Assembly (NCBI GenBank): GCA_964356325.1
Contig: CAYHHL010000002.1
Span: forward strand, 21,490-85,489
DNA from: an uncultured Enterobacteriaceae bacterium
GTDB taxonomy: Bacteria > Myxococcota_A > UBA9042
DNA length: 64,000 bases
Reading direction: 5' to 3'
In this document: in pieces, positions 21,534-31,256 of the stretch
Position numbering within the stretch: the first letter of the stretch is position 1
How the letters are laid out: each line of letters begins with the position of its first letter
The notes under the pieces: generated by a model
Seen by the model: the letters and a program-made list of their open reading frames with translations, nothing else
Database searches by the model: none
What the model was told of the DNA's origin: nothing
Translations under genes and position numbers: made by a program

Positions 21534-22439
21534 CTAGCGCGGTCCTAGCACCGCATGCAGCGCCGCGATCCGTTCCGCGGGCAATTGCCCGGTCGCCTCG
21601 ACCAGCGCCAGCAAGCGCCGGGACAGCAGCGCATGGACCTGCCGGGTCTCGGGATCCAGCGCCGCCAGATGGCGGGTCAGCGTCTCCGCATCGCCGCGAG
21701 CCACCGCACCGGTCAGGCCAAAAGCCAAGGGAGTCGCCGGGTCCAGCCGTGCCAACGCGTGCAGTGACGTCGCGGCGAGGTGCAGCAGGCCCTGGCGTAT
21801 CGGCGCCTCGGGCAGCCCCGCGCCCTGACAGGCAAGGCCAGCCGCAGCGATCAAGGCCACGAGATCGTTGGCGACCAGCGCCGCGGCCGCGTGGTAGATC
21901 GAACGCGCTTCGGCTGGCACGACCAGGGCGACACCGCCCAACGCTTCGGTCAGTTGCCCAGCGATGTCCAGGGCTTGCGGATCGCCGTCGAGAGCCATCA
22001 GCGCCCCGCGCAACGGCAGCACCGTCTGCTCGGCATCGAGGTGCGCCGCCACCGGGTCCGGCAACGCGCACAAGGGGTGCAACGTCCCTACCACATTGTC
22101 GTTTCCCTCCACGCGCAGGATCGCGGCCGGCAAGGCGCCCGACAGGTGCAAGCGCACGGTCTGGGCGGGCAGGTGGGCAAGTTGCTGCGCCAGCGCGGCA
22201 ATCTCGCGATCGGGAACGGCCAGCAGCAGCGTGCGCGCGGGGCCGACGCGGTCCAGATCGGCCACGACGCGCACCGACCTCGGCAGTTCCAGCGTAGCAA
22301 GCCAATGCTGAATCGCCTCACGACGTTGCGGCCTACGCACGACCAGCGTCGCAGCGATGCCAGCCAGGGCCAGGCCGCACGCCAAGCTGCATCCTGCCCG
22401 ACCGCCACCGAAGATCGCGACTGGTTCCAAGGAGTTCAC
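21534..22439 (-). CDS. Rossmann-fold NAD(P)-binding protein, DUF2520-like
   Basis: N-terminus MNSLEPVAIFGGGRAGCSLACGLALAG is a GxGxxG-type dinucleotide fold. Overlaps the nadD stop by 4 nt. Confidence 0.45.
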   Translation of the reverse strand: MNSLEPVAIFGGGRAGCSLACGLALAGIAATLVVRRPQRREAIQHWLATLELPRSVRVVADLDRVGPARTLLLAVPDREIAALAQQLAHLPAQTVRLHLSGALPAAILRVEGNDNVVGTLHPLCALPDPVAAHLDAEQTVLPLRGALMALDGDPQALDIAGQLTEALGGVALVVPAEARSIYHAAAALVANDLVALIAAAGLACQGAGLPEAPIRQGLLHLAATSLHALARLDPATPLAFGLTGAVARGDAETLTRHLAALDPETRQVHALLSRRLLALVEATGQLPAERIAALHAVLGPR

Positions 22440-23017
22440 AGCTGCCCTGCCCTGCCGTCGGCTACCGGATGGTCGCGCAGCCAGTCGGCCACGGCCACCG
22501 GCACGCGACCGCGGACGTCACGGCCCGCTTGCAGGTCGGCGCGCAGCTGGGTCGAACTGACGTCGGGCAGTTGCACGGGGGCGGCAAAGCGCGCGAACGC
22601 CGGGTCGATCGGAAAGCCCGCGCGCCCGAGCACGAGGGGCGGCGCCAGTTCGCACACGCGCTCGAAGGCCCGCCACCGGTCGCGCTGGGCCAGGACGTCA
22701 CTGCCGATGACGAGGCGAAACGTCGTGTCGGGGTGCTGGGTTCGCAGTCGTTCGAGCAGATCCACCGTGTAGCCGGTCGCCTCGGGCAAGGCGTCGTCGT
22801 CGCGGACCTGAACCCGCGCGCCGAAAAGGGCAAACGCCAGCCGGCACAGGTGCATGCGCCGGGACAGGCTCGCGACCTGCTTGCCCAGGACATGGTGTCC
22901 GACCGGCAGCACCCACACGGCTTCGACGTCCGCCGCCGAAAGCACGTAGGCCACGGCCAGCACGTGCGCCACGTGCGGCGGGTCGAAACTGCCTCCGTAG
23001 AGCGCGATCGTCGTCAT
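22436..23017 (-). CDS. nadD: Nicotinate-nucleotide adenylyltransferase
   Basis: Starts MTTIALYGGSFDPPHVAHV, the (H/T)xGH nucleotidyltransferase signature of NadD. Has ATGA overlaps with both neighbours. Confidence 0.9.
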   Translation of the reverse strand: MTTIALYGGSFDPPHVAHVLAVAYVLSAADVEAVWVLPVGHHVLGKQVASLSRRMHLCRLAFALFGARVQVRDDDALPEATGYTVDLLERLRTQHPDTTFRLVIGSDVLAQRDRWRAFERVCELAPPLVLGRAGFPIDPAFARFAAPVQLPDVSSTQLRADLQAGRDVRGRVPVAVADWLRDHPVADGRAGQL

Positions 23018-24261
23018 GGGCGCGAAACGTCAGCCAGCAGCCCCGCTTGCCGGGCGTATAGCAGGTGCGGCCTGGCGCGGGTGGCAAAAGCCTGCTCGCC
23101 GCCCGCGAAATCCGCAGTCATTTCGTCGAGAGTGCCACCCTGCTCCAGGACCTCGCGGGCCAGCGTGCCGCCCATCAGCAGGTCGATCGCCAGGCGATCA
23201 CTCACGAATTCATAGGTTTCCGTGCGCCATTGGAAGCGGTCCGGGCCGAGCGACCGCGCCGCTGCCAGCACTGCCAGCCCGGCGCGTACCGCCGGAAATT
23301 GCTGGCGATCGGTGACTTCCAGGGCGATGCCGCCGATGACCTGGCCCGCGTACTTCTGGAAGGTCGGCTCGAACAGCATCGGCCGGGCGTGCAACCCCGG
23401 GATGTGCAACGCGAGCACCGCCTCGGCAAACCGACGGGCGTCGAGCCAGTCCGCGCCGATTAGTTCAAAAGGTCGAGTTGATCCGCGACCTTCCGAGAGG
23501 CGCGTGCCTTCGACCAGGCAAGTGCCCGGATACAGGACCGCGGTCGCCACCGTCGGCATGTTCGGCGAGGGGGCGTACCAGGTCGTGCCGCCGGGACCGA
23601 AGGCCTGTTCGTCCAGGTACTTGCCCACTTGCCAACTGGTGCAACGGACGACATCCAGGCGCACGTCGAGGCCCTGCTCGGCGGCGTACAGTCGACCGAT
23701 CTCGCCCACCGTCAGGCCGTGGCGCTGCGGAATGTCGAGGAAGCCAACGAAACTGCGGTACTTCTCCTCAACCTGATTGCCCTCGACCACCTCGCCGCCC
23801 AGTGGGTTGGGCCGATCGAGGACGACGACTTCGACGCCGACGCGGGCGCAAGTCTGCAAAGCCATGCACAAAGTCGCGGCATAGGTGTAGTAGCGGCTGC
23901 CGACGTCCTGCACGTCGAACACCAGCGTGTCGATGCCTGCCAGCGCGTCCGGATCCGGGGTCAGTGAGTCGACCGAACGGCCGTACAGCGTGCGAACCTC
24001 CAGATTGAACACGGGATCCTGGCCCTCGTCCACCGCGATCAAGTCTTGCGCCGTCGCCCAGAGGCCGTGCTCGGGCCCGAACAGCCGGACGATCTGCACG
24101 CCGGCCGCGCGCAGCACGTCGACCAGATGGTGGCGCACGCCGGGACGATTTGGATCCCTCAGCAGCGAACTGGGGTTGCACAGCACGGCGACACGGCGCC
24201 CGAGCAACCGTGCAAAGCCCTGCTCAGCCGCGACTTCTGCACCGGTGCGAAGGTGGGCCAT
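23014..24261 (-). CDS. DUF1343 family protein (NamZ-like exo-beta-N-acetylmuramidase family)
   Basis: VQIVRLFGPEHGLWATAQD matches the DUF1343 'FxPEHG' core. About 415 aa. Confidence 0.6.
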   Translation of the reverse strand: MAHLRTGAEVAAEQGFARLLGRRVAVLCNPSSLLRDPNRPGVRHHLVDVLRAAGVQIVRLFGPEHGLWATAQDLIAVDEGQDPVFNLEVRTLYGRSVDSLTPDPDALAGIDTLVFDVQDVGSRYYTYAATLCMALQTCARVGVEVVVLDRPNPLGGEVVEGNQVEEKYRSFVGFLDIPQRHGLTVGEIGRLYAAEQGLDVRLDVVRCTSWQVGKYLDEQAFGPGGTTWYAPSPNMPTVATAVLYPGTCLVEGTRLSEGRGSTRPFELIGADWLDARRFAEAVLALHIPGLHARPMLFEPTFQKYAGQVIGGIALEVTDRQQFPAVRAGLAVLAAARSLGPDRFQWRTETYEFVSDRLAIDLLMGGTLAREVLEQGGTLDEMTADFAGGEQAFATRARPHLLYARQAGLLADVSRP

Positions 24262-24264
24262 GGT

Positions 24265-24495
24265 CTAGTGCTCGTTGTCGGGAAACCGGAGCAGGCGCAG
24301 TTCGCCCTCGCCCTCGGGCCTGAACACTTCGATTTCCTTGACATTCGTCAGGTTCACGTAGAGCGACGGCGCCGACTCCCGCTCATTGCGCAGGGCGATG
24401 AAACCCGTATCGACCGCGTCCACGATGCCGATGACCGACGTGTCCTCGTCGTCGAACTGGATCACCCAAACCTTCTGGCCTACGAGTCGCTGCAT
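24265..24495 (-). CDS. Small conserved hypothetical protein (76 aa), possibly Sm-like beta-barrel
   Basis: MQRLVGQKVWVIQFDDEDTSVIGIVDAVDTGFIALRNERESAPSLYVNLTNVKEIEVF, with RBS GGAGGG. It is the first gene of the namZ-nadD operon. The track ORF is N-extended. Confidence 0.4.
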   Translation of the reverse strand: MQRLVGQKVWVIQFDDEDTSVIGIVDAVDTGFIALRNERESAPSLYVNLTNVKEIEVFRPEGEGELRLLRFPDNEH

Positions 24496-24716
24496 GGTCC
24501 CTCCGAAGCGCGCGATGCTAAGAGCGAGTCCGACGATTGTCCAACGGCCTGTCGCAATGGCAGGCGGTGCACGGCAAACTGGCGCCTGGCCGGACGGCTC
24601 GCCAAGCACGCACGCCGCCGCGACATTTTCCACAGGGGTTTGACACGCTCGTGCGGAAAGGCCAATTTCCCGCCCTTCGCGAGTTTGCAGATCGCCACAG
24701 CGCAGGAGAGTGGATC

Positions 24717-26489
24717 ATGGACTTCGACACCGACGACCGCCCCGAAAGCGTGGTTCCCGCGGATTTTGACAATCGTTACTCGCAGTTGAGCGATATGGAC
24801 GAGTTCGTGCAGCGGACCCAGGACTACGCGGCCGGCCTGATCCCGACCGAGGTGTACCGCCAGTACCGACTGACCCGCGGCGTGTACGGCCAACGTCAGG
24901 ACAACGTGTACATGATGCGCATCAAGATGCCTGGCGGGATCGTCCTGCCCGACCAGTTGCGCGCCGTGGCCGAAGTGGTGGATCACGCGCCGGAACGCCT
25001 GGGCCACATCACGACGCGCGAAAACATCCAGATCCACTACATGCAGCTCGCGGACGTGCCGAAGTGGATGGCCCATCTGGCGCACGCGGGCCTGACCATG
25101 ACCGACGCGTGTGGCAATGCCGTGCGCAACATCACGCAGGATCCCTACGCGGGTCTGGCGCAGGACGAGGTGTTCGACACGACCCCGCACATGCAGGCGA
25201 TCGTTCGGTTTTTTCTGCGCAATCCCAGGGCGATGGGCCTGCCGCGCAAGTTCAAGATCGCGGTCTCGACCTCGCCGGCGGACCGCGGTTTTGCCTCGAT
25301 CCATGACGTCGGCCTCGTGGCGGTGCGCGGCGCGGTGTCGGCGGAATTCCCCCATGGCGAACCGGCGTTCAAGGTGATGGTCGGCGGCGGACTGGCGTCG
25401 ATGCCGCGGTCGGGGCTGGTGGTTCACGAGGCGTGGCCGGCGCGCGACATCCTGACGCCGATGCTGGCGGTGATTGATTTCTTCCAGGTGCACGGCAATC
25501 GCAAGGTGCGTTCCAAGGCCCGGATCAAGCACGTGCTGCGCAAGATGGGCGACGCGGCGTTCCTGGCCAAGTACCAGGAATACCTGGAGATCGTCCTCAA
25601 GGATCCGCCGCGCGTGCTGACCGAGATCGAAGTGGTGTACCCGCAAGTCGAGCCGTGGCATTTCGCGCGGCCGACCGACGAGATCGCGGTGGCGAATGGT
25701 TTCGCTGCGTGGGCCAACACTTGCGTGCGGGAGACGCGGATCCCGGGCAAAGTGTTCGTGACCCTGCGCTGTGATCGCGGCGGTGAAGTGAGTCCGCAGA
25801 ACCTGCGTGATTTCGCGATGCTGACCGAGAGCTTCGGCGAGGGCAAGCTGCACTTCACGCCGACACAGAACGCGGTGCTGCGCGCGGTGCCGGTGCAACG
25901 GCTGCCCGAGTTGTACGCGACGTTGCGGACCATGGGCCTGGCGCAATCGGGCGCCGACACGCTGGCGGACATCACGAGTTGCCCGGGCGTGTCGACCTGC
26001 AACCTGGGTGTGACGTACTCGCGCAATCTCGCGGAAGAACTGAAGGAACTGGTGGCGAAGCGTCCCGACACGGACACGACCATCAAGATAAGCGGCTGCC
26101 ACAACAGCTGTGGGCAGCACCACATCGGCACGATCGGCCTGTTCGGGGCGCTGCGCCGCGTCGCGGGTCGGCCAGCGCCACACTACCGGCTGATGGTCGG
26201 TGGCGGAATCCATCCGCACGGCGCGGTGTTCGGCGACGACGTGGGTCTGGTGCCCGCGCACCGGGTCGCGCAGGCCGTGTCGCGCTTGCTGGATCATGCA
26301 GATGGCGAGAAAACTGCCGGCGAGACGGCGGGCGACTATTTGCGGCGGGTGGACAAGGACCTGCTCAAGCCGGTGATCGCGGACCTGCTCGACATCGCCG
26401 ACGACGCAGCGATCGAGAAGGATTTCTGGGATATCGGCGCGACGACGCCGTTCAGGGTCGAGGAACGCGAGGGCGAATGTGCAGCATAG
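24717..26489 (+). CDS. Ferredoxin-dependent sulfite/nitrite reductase (siroheme-[4Fe-4S] hemoprotein, NirA/Sir type)
   Basis: Siroheme/Fe-S ligand motifs TSCPGVSTCNLG and SGCHNSCGQHHIG. Two repeated NiR/SiR ferredoxin-like halves. Start MDFDTDDR. Confidence 0.85.
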   Translation: MDFDTDDRPESVVPADFDNRYSQLSDMDEFVQRTQDYAAGLIPTEVYRQYRLTRGVYGQRQDNVYMMRIKMPGGIVLPDQLRAVAEVVDHAPERLGHITTRENIQIHYMQLADVPKWMAHLAHAGLTMTDACGNAVRNITQDPYAGLAQDEVFDTTPHMQAIVRFFLRNPRAMGLPRKFKIAVSTSPADRGFASIHDVGLVAVRGAVSAEFPHGEPAFKVMVGGGLASMPRSGLVVHEAWPARDILTPMLAVIDFFQVHGNRKVRSKARIKHVLRKMGDAAFLAKYQEYLEIVLKDPPRVLTEIEVVYPQVEPWHFARPTDEIAVANGFAAWANTCVRETRIPGKVFVTLRCDRGGEVSPQNLRDFAMLTESFGEGKLHFTPTQNAVLRAVPVQRLPELYATLRTMGLAQSGADTLADITSCPGVSTCNLGVTYSRNLAEELKELVAKRPDTDTTIKISGCHNSCGQHHIGTIGLFGALRRVAGRPAPHYRLMVGGGIHPHGAVFGDDVGLVPAHRVAQAVSRLLDHADGEKTAGETAGDYLRRVDKDLLKPVIADLLDIADDAAIEKDFWDIGATTPFRVEEREGECAA

Positions 26490-26490
26490 C

Positions 26491-26524
26491 CGCGTGGCGC
26501 CACGCGACTTTGTTTCGCTGCGCT
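26491..26524 (+). repeat. 34-bp element (copy 1) with a 16-bp perfect palindrome CGCGTGGCGCCACGCG; terminator-like hairpin and candidate operator
   Basis: cgcgtggcgccacgcgactttgtttcgctgcgct lies 1 nt after the reductase stop and about 31 nt before the lipoprotein ATG. It is identical to the reverse complement of 27866..27899. Confidence 0.6.
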
Positions 26525-26555
26525 CAGGTAAGAACCAGTCGGAGCTAGACCACCC

Positions 26556-27164
26556 ATGCTTCGAGTCAATATTTCTTTGGCGATTTGCCTTGTCATCTTG
26601 GGTTGTTCCGGCGCCCAGGTGTTGACTCCTGTGCCCGAGGACTTGCCCAAGGCCGACGGGCAGCGCCACTCGCTCGCCAATAGTCGCGCAAGTCTGCAGG
26701 CGCCCGTGCCATTTCGCGTGGTCGACGCGACGACGTGGGTGCTGCCGTTGGCGCCTGGCTCGGGCATCCTCGTGCACGTGCAGCGGGTCCAGGAGCCAGC
26801 CGAGGGGGCGATGGGCCACCTCGACAAGATGATCGCGGACCTGCAGAGGCAGGGCGAGGCCGATGTCGAGCGCGACGAGAAGATCCTGCTCGGCGATCTG
26901 GACGGCCGCTTCGTGCGGGCGCTGGAACTGCGAGCCAAGCCCGCCAAAGGGCTCTGGATGGTCGTGACAGTAGCCGAGGACGGCATGTACACGGTGACCG
27001 CGGCGGGCCCGCTGACCGCGCTGCGCGAACGGCAGGCCTTGCTGGAGTCGTTCCTGCTGTCGCTGCGCGTAGATCCGCCCGAAGGCACGGCGCGGCCGGT
27101 GCACAAGCAGGCCATCGCCGAAGACATCGACCTGCCGCAGCCCACCAGCCCGACGCAGCCGTAA
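26556..27164 (+). CDS. Lipoprotein, function unknown
   Basis: MLRVNISLAICLVILGCSG is a signal peptide plus lipobox ILGC. The gene starts with AT-richer codons. About 202 aa. Confidence 0.6.
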   Translation: MLRVNISLAICLVILGCSGAQVLTPVPEDLPKADGQRHSLANSRASLQAPVPFRVVDATTWVLPLAPGSGILVHVQRVQEPAEGAMGHLDKMIADLQRQGEADVERDEKILLGDLDGRFVRALELRAKPAKGLWMVVTVAEDGMYTVTAAGPLTALRERQALLESFLLSLRVDPPEGTARPVHKQAIAEDIDLPQPTSPTQP

Positions 27165-27171
27165 GGTCGGG

Positions 27172-27837
27172 TCAGAAAGCCCAGCCGACCGAGGCGCGGA
27201 CGTAGGGCACGATGCTGATTTCCTGGGCGGTCGCGGCGGGCGTCGAGGGATTGCGCGTGAACTTGTCGAGGAAGGCCACGGCGGCGCCAGCGGTGCCCTC
27301 CACGGTCAGGCCCAACGGCAGGATGGTGCGCGCGCCGACGAACAATCCGCCTGCCTTGCCGCTACCTTCCGAATACAGGGTGGTACCGAGATCGTGGTGG
27401 GTATCGATGGCGAAGACCGTGCCGCCGACCTTGACGCCATGGTCGAACGTGCCCAGCAGATAATACGCGCCCTCCAGACCGATGGTGATGCTGCGCACGC
27501 TGGCCAGGGTCGCATCGGTGCCGTCGCCCTTGCCGTACAGGCTGAGCAGGTAGCGATCGTCGTAGCCCAAACCAACGTAGCCGCTGAAGGTCAACTTCGG
27601 GTCCTGCGCCCATTCGCCGTGCAGCGTGTAACTCAAGGAAAGCGGGTTCTTGTAGTCGTCGCCGTAGCGCGTGCCGAGGCCGATCGCCAGCCAATGCGGC
27701 TTGGACGGCCTGGACCGCTCGACCGGGGTGTCGGCGTCGGTCTTGCCCCAGTTGTCATCGTTGGCGAACGCGGGCAACGCGAACAGCGCCAAGGCGAGCA
27801 GCACGGTCGAGAAGGTATTGAATCTGCGGCAATCCAA
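27172..27837 (-). CDS. Outer-membrane beta-barrel protein (about 221 aa)
   Basis: TTG start with GAGGTG RBS. Signal peptide (M)DCRRFNTFSTVLLALALFALPAFA. Alternating beta-strand pattern and a C-terminal ...SVGWAF with terminal Phe. Confidence 0.55.
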   Translation of the reverse strand: MDCRRFNTFSTVLLALALFALPAFANDDNWGKTDADTPVERSRPSKPHWLAIGLGTRYGDDYKNPLSLSYTLHGEWAQDPKLTFSGYVGLGYDDRYLLSLYGKGDGTDATLASVRSITIGLEGAYYLLGTFDHGVKVGGTVFAIDTHHDLGTTLYSEGSGKAGGLFVGARTILPLGLTVEGTAGAAVAFLDKFTRNPSTPAATAQEISIVPYVRASVGWAF

Positions 27838-27865
27838 AAAAGCACCTCGACTTAGCTCTCGAAGC

Positions 27866-27899
27866 AGCGCAGCGAAACAAAGTCGCGTGGCGCCACGCG
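27866..27899 (-). repeat. 34-bp palindromic element (copy 2, inverted orientation)
   Basis: The reverse complement equals copy 1 exactly. It lies about 28 nt upstream of the OMP TTG start and 17 nt downstream of the MFS stop. Confidence 0.6.
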
Positions 27900-27916
27900 G
27901 AAACAATGCTCGCGAC

Positions 27917-29365
27917 TTAGTGCCCGCCCCGACCGGGCCTGACGTTCCAGAGCTGGGAGATGATCGCGCAACCCATCAGCGCGAAGAGGATAGGCGCGAA
28001 GGCCCACACTTTCCAACCGTAGCCGTCCAGCAGCTTGCCCATGCCGATGCCGACGATGCTGCCCGCCAGGTATTGCGCGCCGTCGAACAGGCCCGCGGCC
28101 GTGGCGACTGCCTTGCGCCCGCCGAAGTCCATCGACGCCGCGCCGCCGACCATCGAGTGCGCGCCTTGGATGCACATCGACACCAGGACCAACATCGTCA
28201 TCGAGATCCACGGTGAAGGCGCGTAGTTGTCCGCGAGGCCGAGGATCGCCAAGCACACCGCCTGGCCGATGAAGGCGAACGCGATGACCGGCGCGCGGCG
28301 GGCTCCGAACACGCGATCCGACAAGTTGCCGGCGATCAGGCCTCCGCAGATGGCGGCGATCGGCATGCCCACCGAGGCGATCTGGTACGGCAAGAAGCTG
28401 CCCAGCTCCCTGGGGTCGATGTGATAGACATTGCTGAAGTATTTCGCCCACCAGTGATCGACGGAGTTGCGCACGAAGCCGATCATCATCGAGGCCATCG
28501 CGATGGTCCACGCCGCCCGGCTGGCGAACACCTTGCGCAGCACGAAGCGGAGCGTGGCGGGCGCGGCAGCCTCCTCCTTGGTCTGGTCGCCGGTGTCGAA
28601 CTCGCCCAAGCCCGCGTCGGCAGGGCTGTTTTCGACCAACGCCTTGTTCAGCACGAACAGGATGGCCAGCGCAGTAGCCGGGACCCAGAAGACATACTGC
28701 CACGGCAACAAAGCGAGCAGGATCGGGCCGATGGAGAACGCGAGCGTGCGGCCGCCCTGGATCATGATGCCGAAGATGCCGGCGAACGAGCCGCGCTCGG
28801 TGACGTGGAACCAGTGGGCGTTGATCTTGACGATGGAAAGGGCGCCGAAGCTCTGGAAGTAGTGATTCAAGCCCCAGATGATGGCGAACACGTTGATCGC
28901 GGCGGCGGCGGACAGGCCGTATTCGAGCACGGCCGGCGAGATCAGGGTCTTGTTGTCGGGCGTCCACACCGCGGACTTGGACAGCATCAGGTAGCCGAAG
29001 CCGAACAGCAGGTTGAAGACCGCCGAGCCGAGGCTGCCGATCAAGATCGCGCGCTTGCCGCCGATCTTGTCCGCCAGAGGCCCGTTCATGAACACCGAAA
29101 AGGCGTAGACGATGGTACCGGCGGAGATGACGGTGCCCAACTGCGCGTTGGTCCAGCCGAATGTCTGCGCGAGGTAGGCCGAGACCGCGCTGAAGTTGTA
29201 GCGGCCCATGTAGAAGAAGCCGTACATGAGGCCGAGGAAGACCCAATTCTGCGCGCGCCGGCGGCGGAAAGCGGGCGTCAGGCGGTCGGCCAAGGTGGGC
29301 GGGTTGCCGCCCAGGGCGAGGATCTCGGACGGTGTCGGGTGGGCCTGGCTCACGGTCAACTCCAC
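27917..29365 (-). CDS. MFS transporter (12 TM; OFA/sugar-phosphate-antiporter-like)
   Basis: A 482-aa protein with 12 hydrophobic segments. Contains MFS motif-A-like GPLADKIGGKR and LSDRVFGARR. Confidence 0.85.
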   Translation of the reverse strand: MELTVSQAHPTPSEILALGGNPPTLADRLTPAFRRRRAQNWVFLGLMYGFFYMGRYNFSAVSAYLAQTFGWTNAQLGTVISAGTIVYAFSVFMNGPLADKIGGKRAILIGSLGSAVFNLLFGFGYLMLSKSAVWTPDNKTLISPAVLEYGLSAAAAINVFAIIWGLNHYFQSFGALSIVKINAHWFHVTERGSFAGIFGIMIQGGRTLAFSIGPILLALLPWQYVFWVPATALAILFVLNKALVENSPADAGLGEFDTGDQTKEEAAAPATLRFVLRKVFASRAAWTIAMASMMIGFVRNSVDHWWAKYFSNVYHIDPRELGSFLPYQIASVGMPIAAICGGLIAGNLSDRVFGARRAPVIAFAFIGQAVCLAILGLADNYAPSPWISMTMLVLVSMCIQGAHSMVGGAASMDFGGRKAVATAAGLFDGAQYLAGSIVGIGMGKLLDGYGWKVWAFAPILFALMGCAIISQLWNVRPGRGGH

Positions 29366-29612
29366 GGCAAAAGACGACGGCTAGTAGTGCGTGACGCTCT
29401 GGCTGTGTCAAGCGGCCGGGAAACTTGCGGTGATTGCGTGAATCCGGCTGAGAGTTCGCACGTCTGAACTGGCGGACCGGCAGGAATCCGTTAGGATGGC
29501 CGGTGGAGGCGAGCGCTTCCCCGTTTTCCCGGCAAGCATTTCGAATCCACGGGCATCGATTCCACCTGCAGTCATCGACCGCAACGGACACCAGGGTAGG
29601 GAGGAGATCGGC

Positions 29613-31256
29613 GTGGCGGACGTCATCCAGTTGGACAGCGCGCGCACCGGAATGCCTGGCCCCGAGCCCGCCCCGAAGCCGTACCTGCGCATGAACGTGC
29701 ATGATCGTTCCCGCGTCGAGTGGGTCGCGACCGTGCCCGTGGCGCCCGCAGGTCAGACGCACACCTGGGAAGTCCAGTTCGAGGCCGAGATCGCCGATCA
29801 GATGTGGGTGCCGCATCAACCCTGGGAGCACTTCCAGGTGCGCACGCGGTTGACCAGCCCGGTGCTGGCGCCCGGCCGCCGCATGGGTGGTTTGCCGATC
29901 GACCAGTTGCGCCGGCGAGCGCTGGCCGCGACCCACGAACTGAAGCTGGCCGCGCGCGGGCCGCTGCACGTGCTGGAAACCGCGCTGCGGCGTGATCGGA
30001 TCCTGCGCGAGGAAGAATCTGCCGAAGTGGTGAAGCGACTGCGCGCGGCCCTGGACAAGGCGCAGGCGGCGCGCGATGCCTGCGACTACCTTCGCGATGC
30101 CCGCGACCCGGCGCTGCAGCGTGAGCAACTGCTCGTGGACGAATGGGTTTCCTCGCACGTCATCTTGCTGGTGACCCGACTGACCGCGGCGCTGCAAGGC
30201 ACGGCGACCCGGCGAGCACCGGCGCAACCGCTCCAGGGCCATGTCGCCCTGGTGGAAGCCGCCCTGCACGACGCGCTGGTGGCCGAGCAGGAGCACCGCG
30301 CGGAAATGGGCATCGGTTCGAGCATGGCGCGCACCCGCCACGACGTCGAGCTGTTCATCAACCGCGCCGCGCAACTGAAGAAGCACTTCCAGCAAGCCCT
30401 GTTTCTCGACGCCCGCGCCTACATGCTCGACAGCCGGCTGCGCAACTGGATCGCGATCGTGATGGCGATGATCGCGTCGACGTTCTACTTCGTGTGGCAG
30501 ATCTACGTGCTGAACGCGGCGATGACCGCGGGATCGACGACGGTTTCGCTCATCATGGCGGGACTCATCGCCGCGCTGGTGTATGCCGCCAAGGATCGCA
30601 TCAAGGAGGTAGGGCGCGACTGGGTGGCCCGGCGGCTCAAGCATGGCTACGCGGACCGGGTGGCGCATCTTCACCTGCAAGAGCGCATGGATCCGAACCG
30701 CACCAAGCTGGCCCTGGCGCGCGAGACGATTCACGTGCGCCGGCGCTTCGAACCCGATCGGCTCAATCCGGGCCTGGGCCGCACCACGGTCATGCACCAG
30801 ATCCACGTGCGTGAACTGCTTCGGCATACCGGCCTCAAGCTGCTGCACGATCAGGGCCTGACCGGCATGAAACACGTGTTCCGCTATGACCTTTCGCCGC
30901 TGTTCGACAAGTTGGACGATCACGTCAAGCGCGTGCCGGTGGCGACGGCGACGGGCGTGCGGACCTTGGCGGCGACGCGGGTGTACTCCATTCCGGTCAG
31001 CGTGCGGCTTCGGCAGATAGGTGTCGAGAATCCGGTGGAGATCTGCGAGCGCGGTCTGGTGCTGGTGCGCAGGCGCGGCCTGGAGCGGTTCGTGCGCGGG
31101 CCTGAAGCGCTGGATCTGGTGCGCAGTGGCTTCGGTCAGGCGGACTCGACGCCGTTGCCGGTCGCGGGCGTGGCAGCGATCCCCGCCAAGTCCCTGGCCG
31201 CACGGATTCGCGGTAACAAGGCCGAGCCTTCGCCGGCCGCCAAGACCGCGAGCTAG
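29613..31256 (+). CDS. Hypothetical protein with a central 2-TM hairpin (about 547 aa), partner of the XPB-like helicase
   Basis: GTG start preceded by GGGAGGAG. A helical N-region is followed by NWIAIVMAMIASTFYFVWQIYVLNAAMTAGSTTVSLIMAGLIAALVYAA (two TM helices) and a 230-aa C-domain. Its TAG is directly abutted by the helicase ATG. Confidence 0.5.
   Translation: MADVIQLDSARTGMPGPEPAPKPYLRMNVHDRSRVEWVATVPVAPAGQTHTWEVQFEAEIADQMWVPHQPWEHFQVRTRLTSPVLAPGRRMGGLPIDQLRRRALAATHELKLAARGPLHVLETALRRDRILREEESAEVVKRLRAALDKAQAARDACDYLRDARDPALQREQLLVDEWVSSHVILLVTRLTAALQGTATRRAPAQPLQGHVALVEAALHDALVAEQEHRAEMGIGSSMARTRHDVELFINRAAQLKKHFQQALFLDARAYMLDSRLRNWIAIVMAMIASTFYFVWQIYVLNAAMTAGSTTVSLIMAGLIAALVYAAKDRIKEVGRDWVARRLKHGYADRVAHLHLQERMDPNRTKLALARETIHVRRRFEPDRLNPGLGRTTVMHQIHVRELLRHTGLKLLHDQGLTGMKHVFRYDLSPLFDKLDDHVKRVPVATATGVRTLAATRVYSIPVSVRLRQIGVENPVEICERGLVLVRRRGLERFVRGPEALDLVRSGFGQADSTPLPVAGVAAIPAKSLAARIRGNKAEPSPAAKTAS

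Noticed and set aside
21047-22297. 416-aa + ORF (Arg/Pro/Gly-rich) and 21436..22305 (-)
   Set aside because: They overlap the DUF2520 and nadD genes, which read cleanly on the minus strand with the GGSFDPPH motif and ATGA coupling. The composition is non-protein-like.
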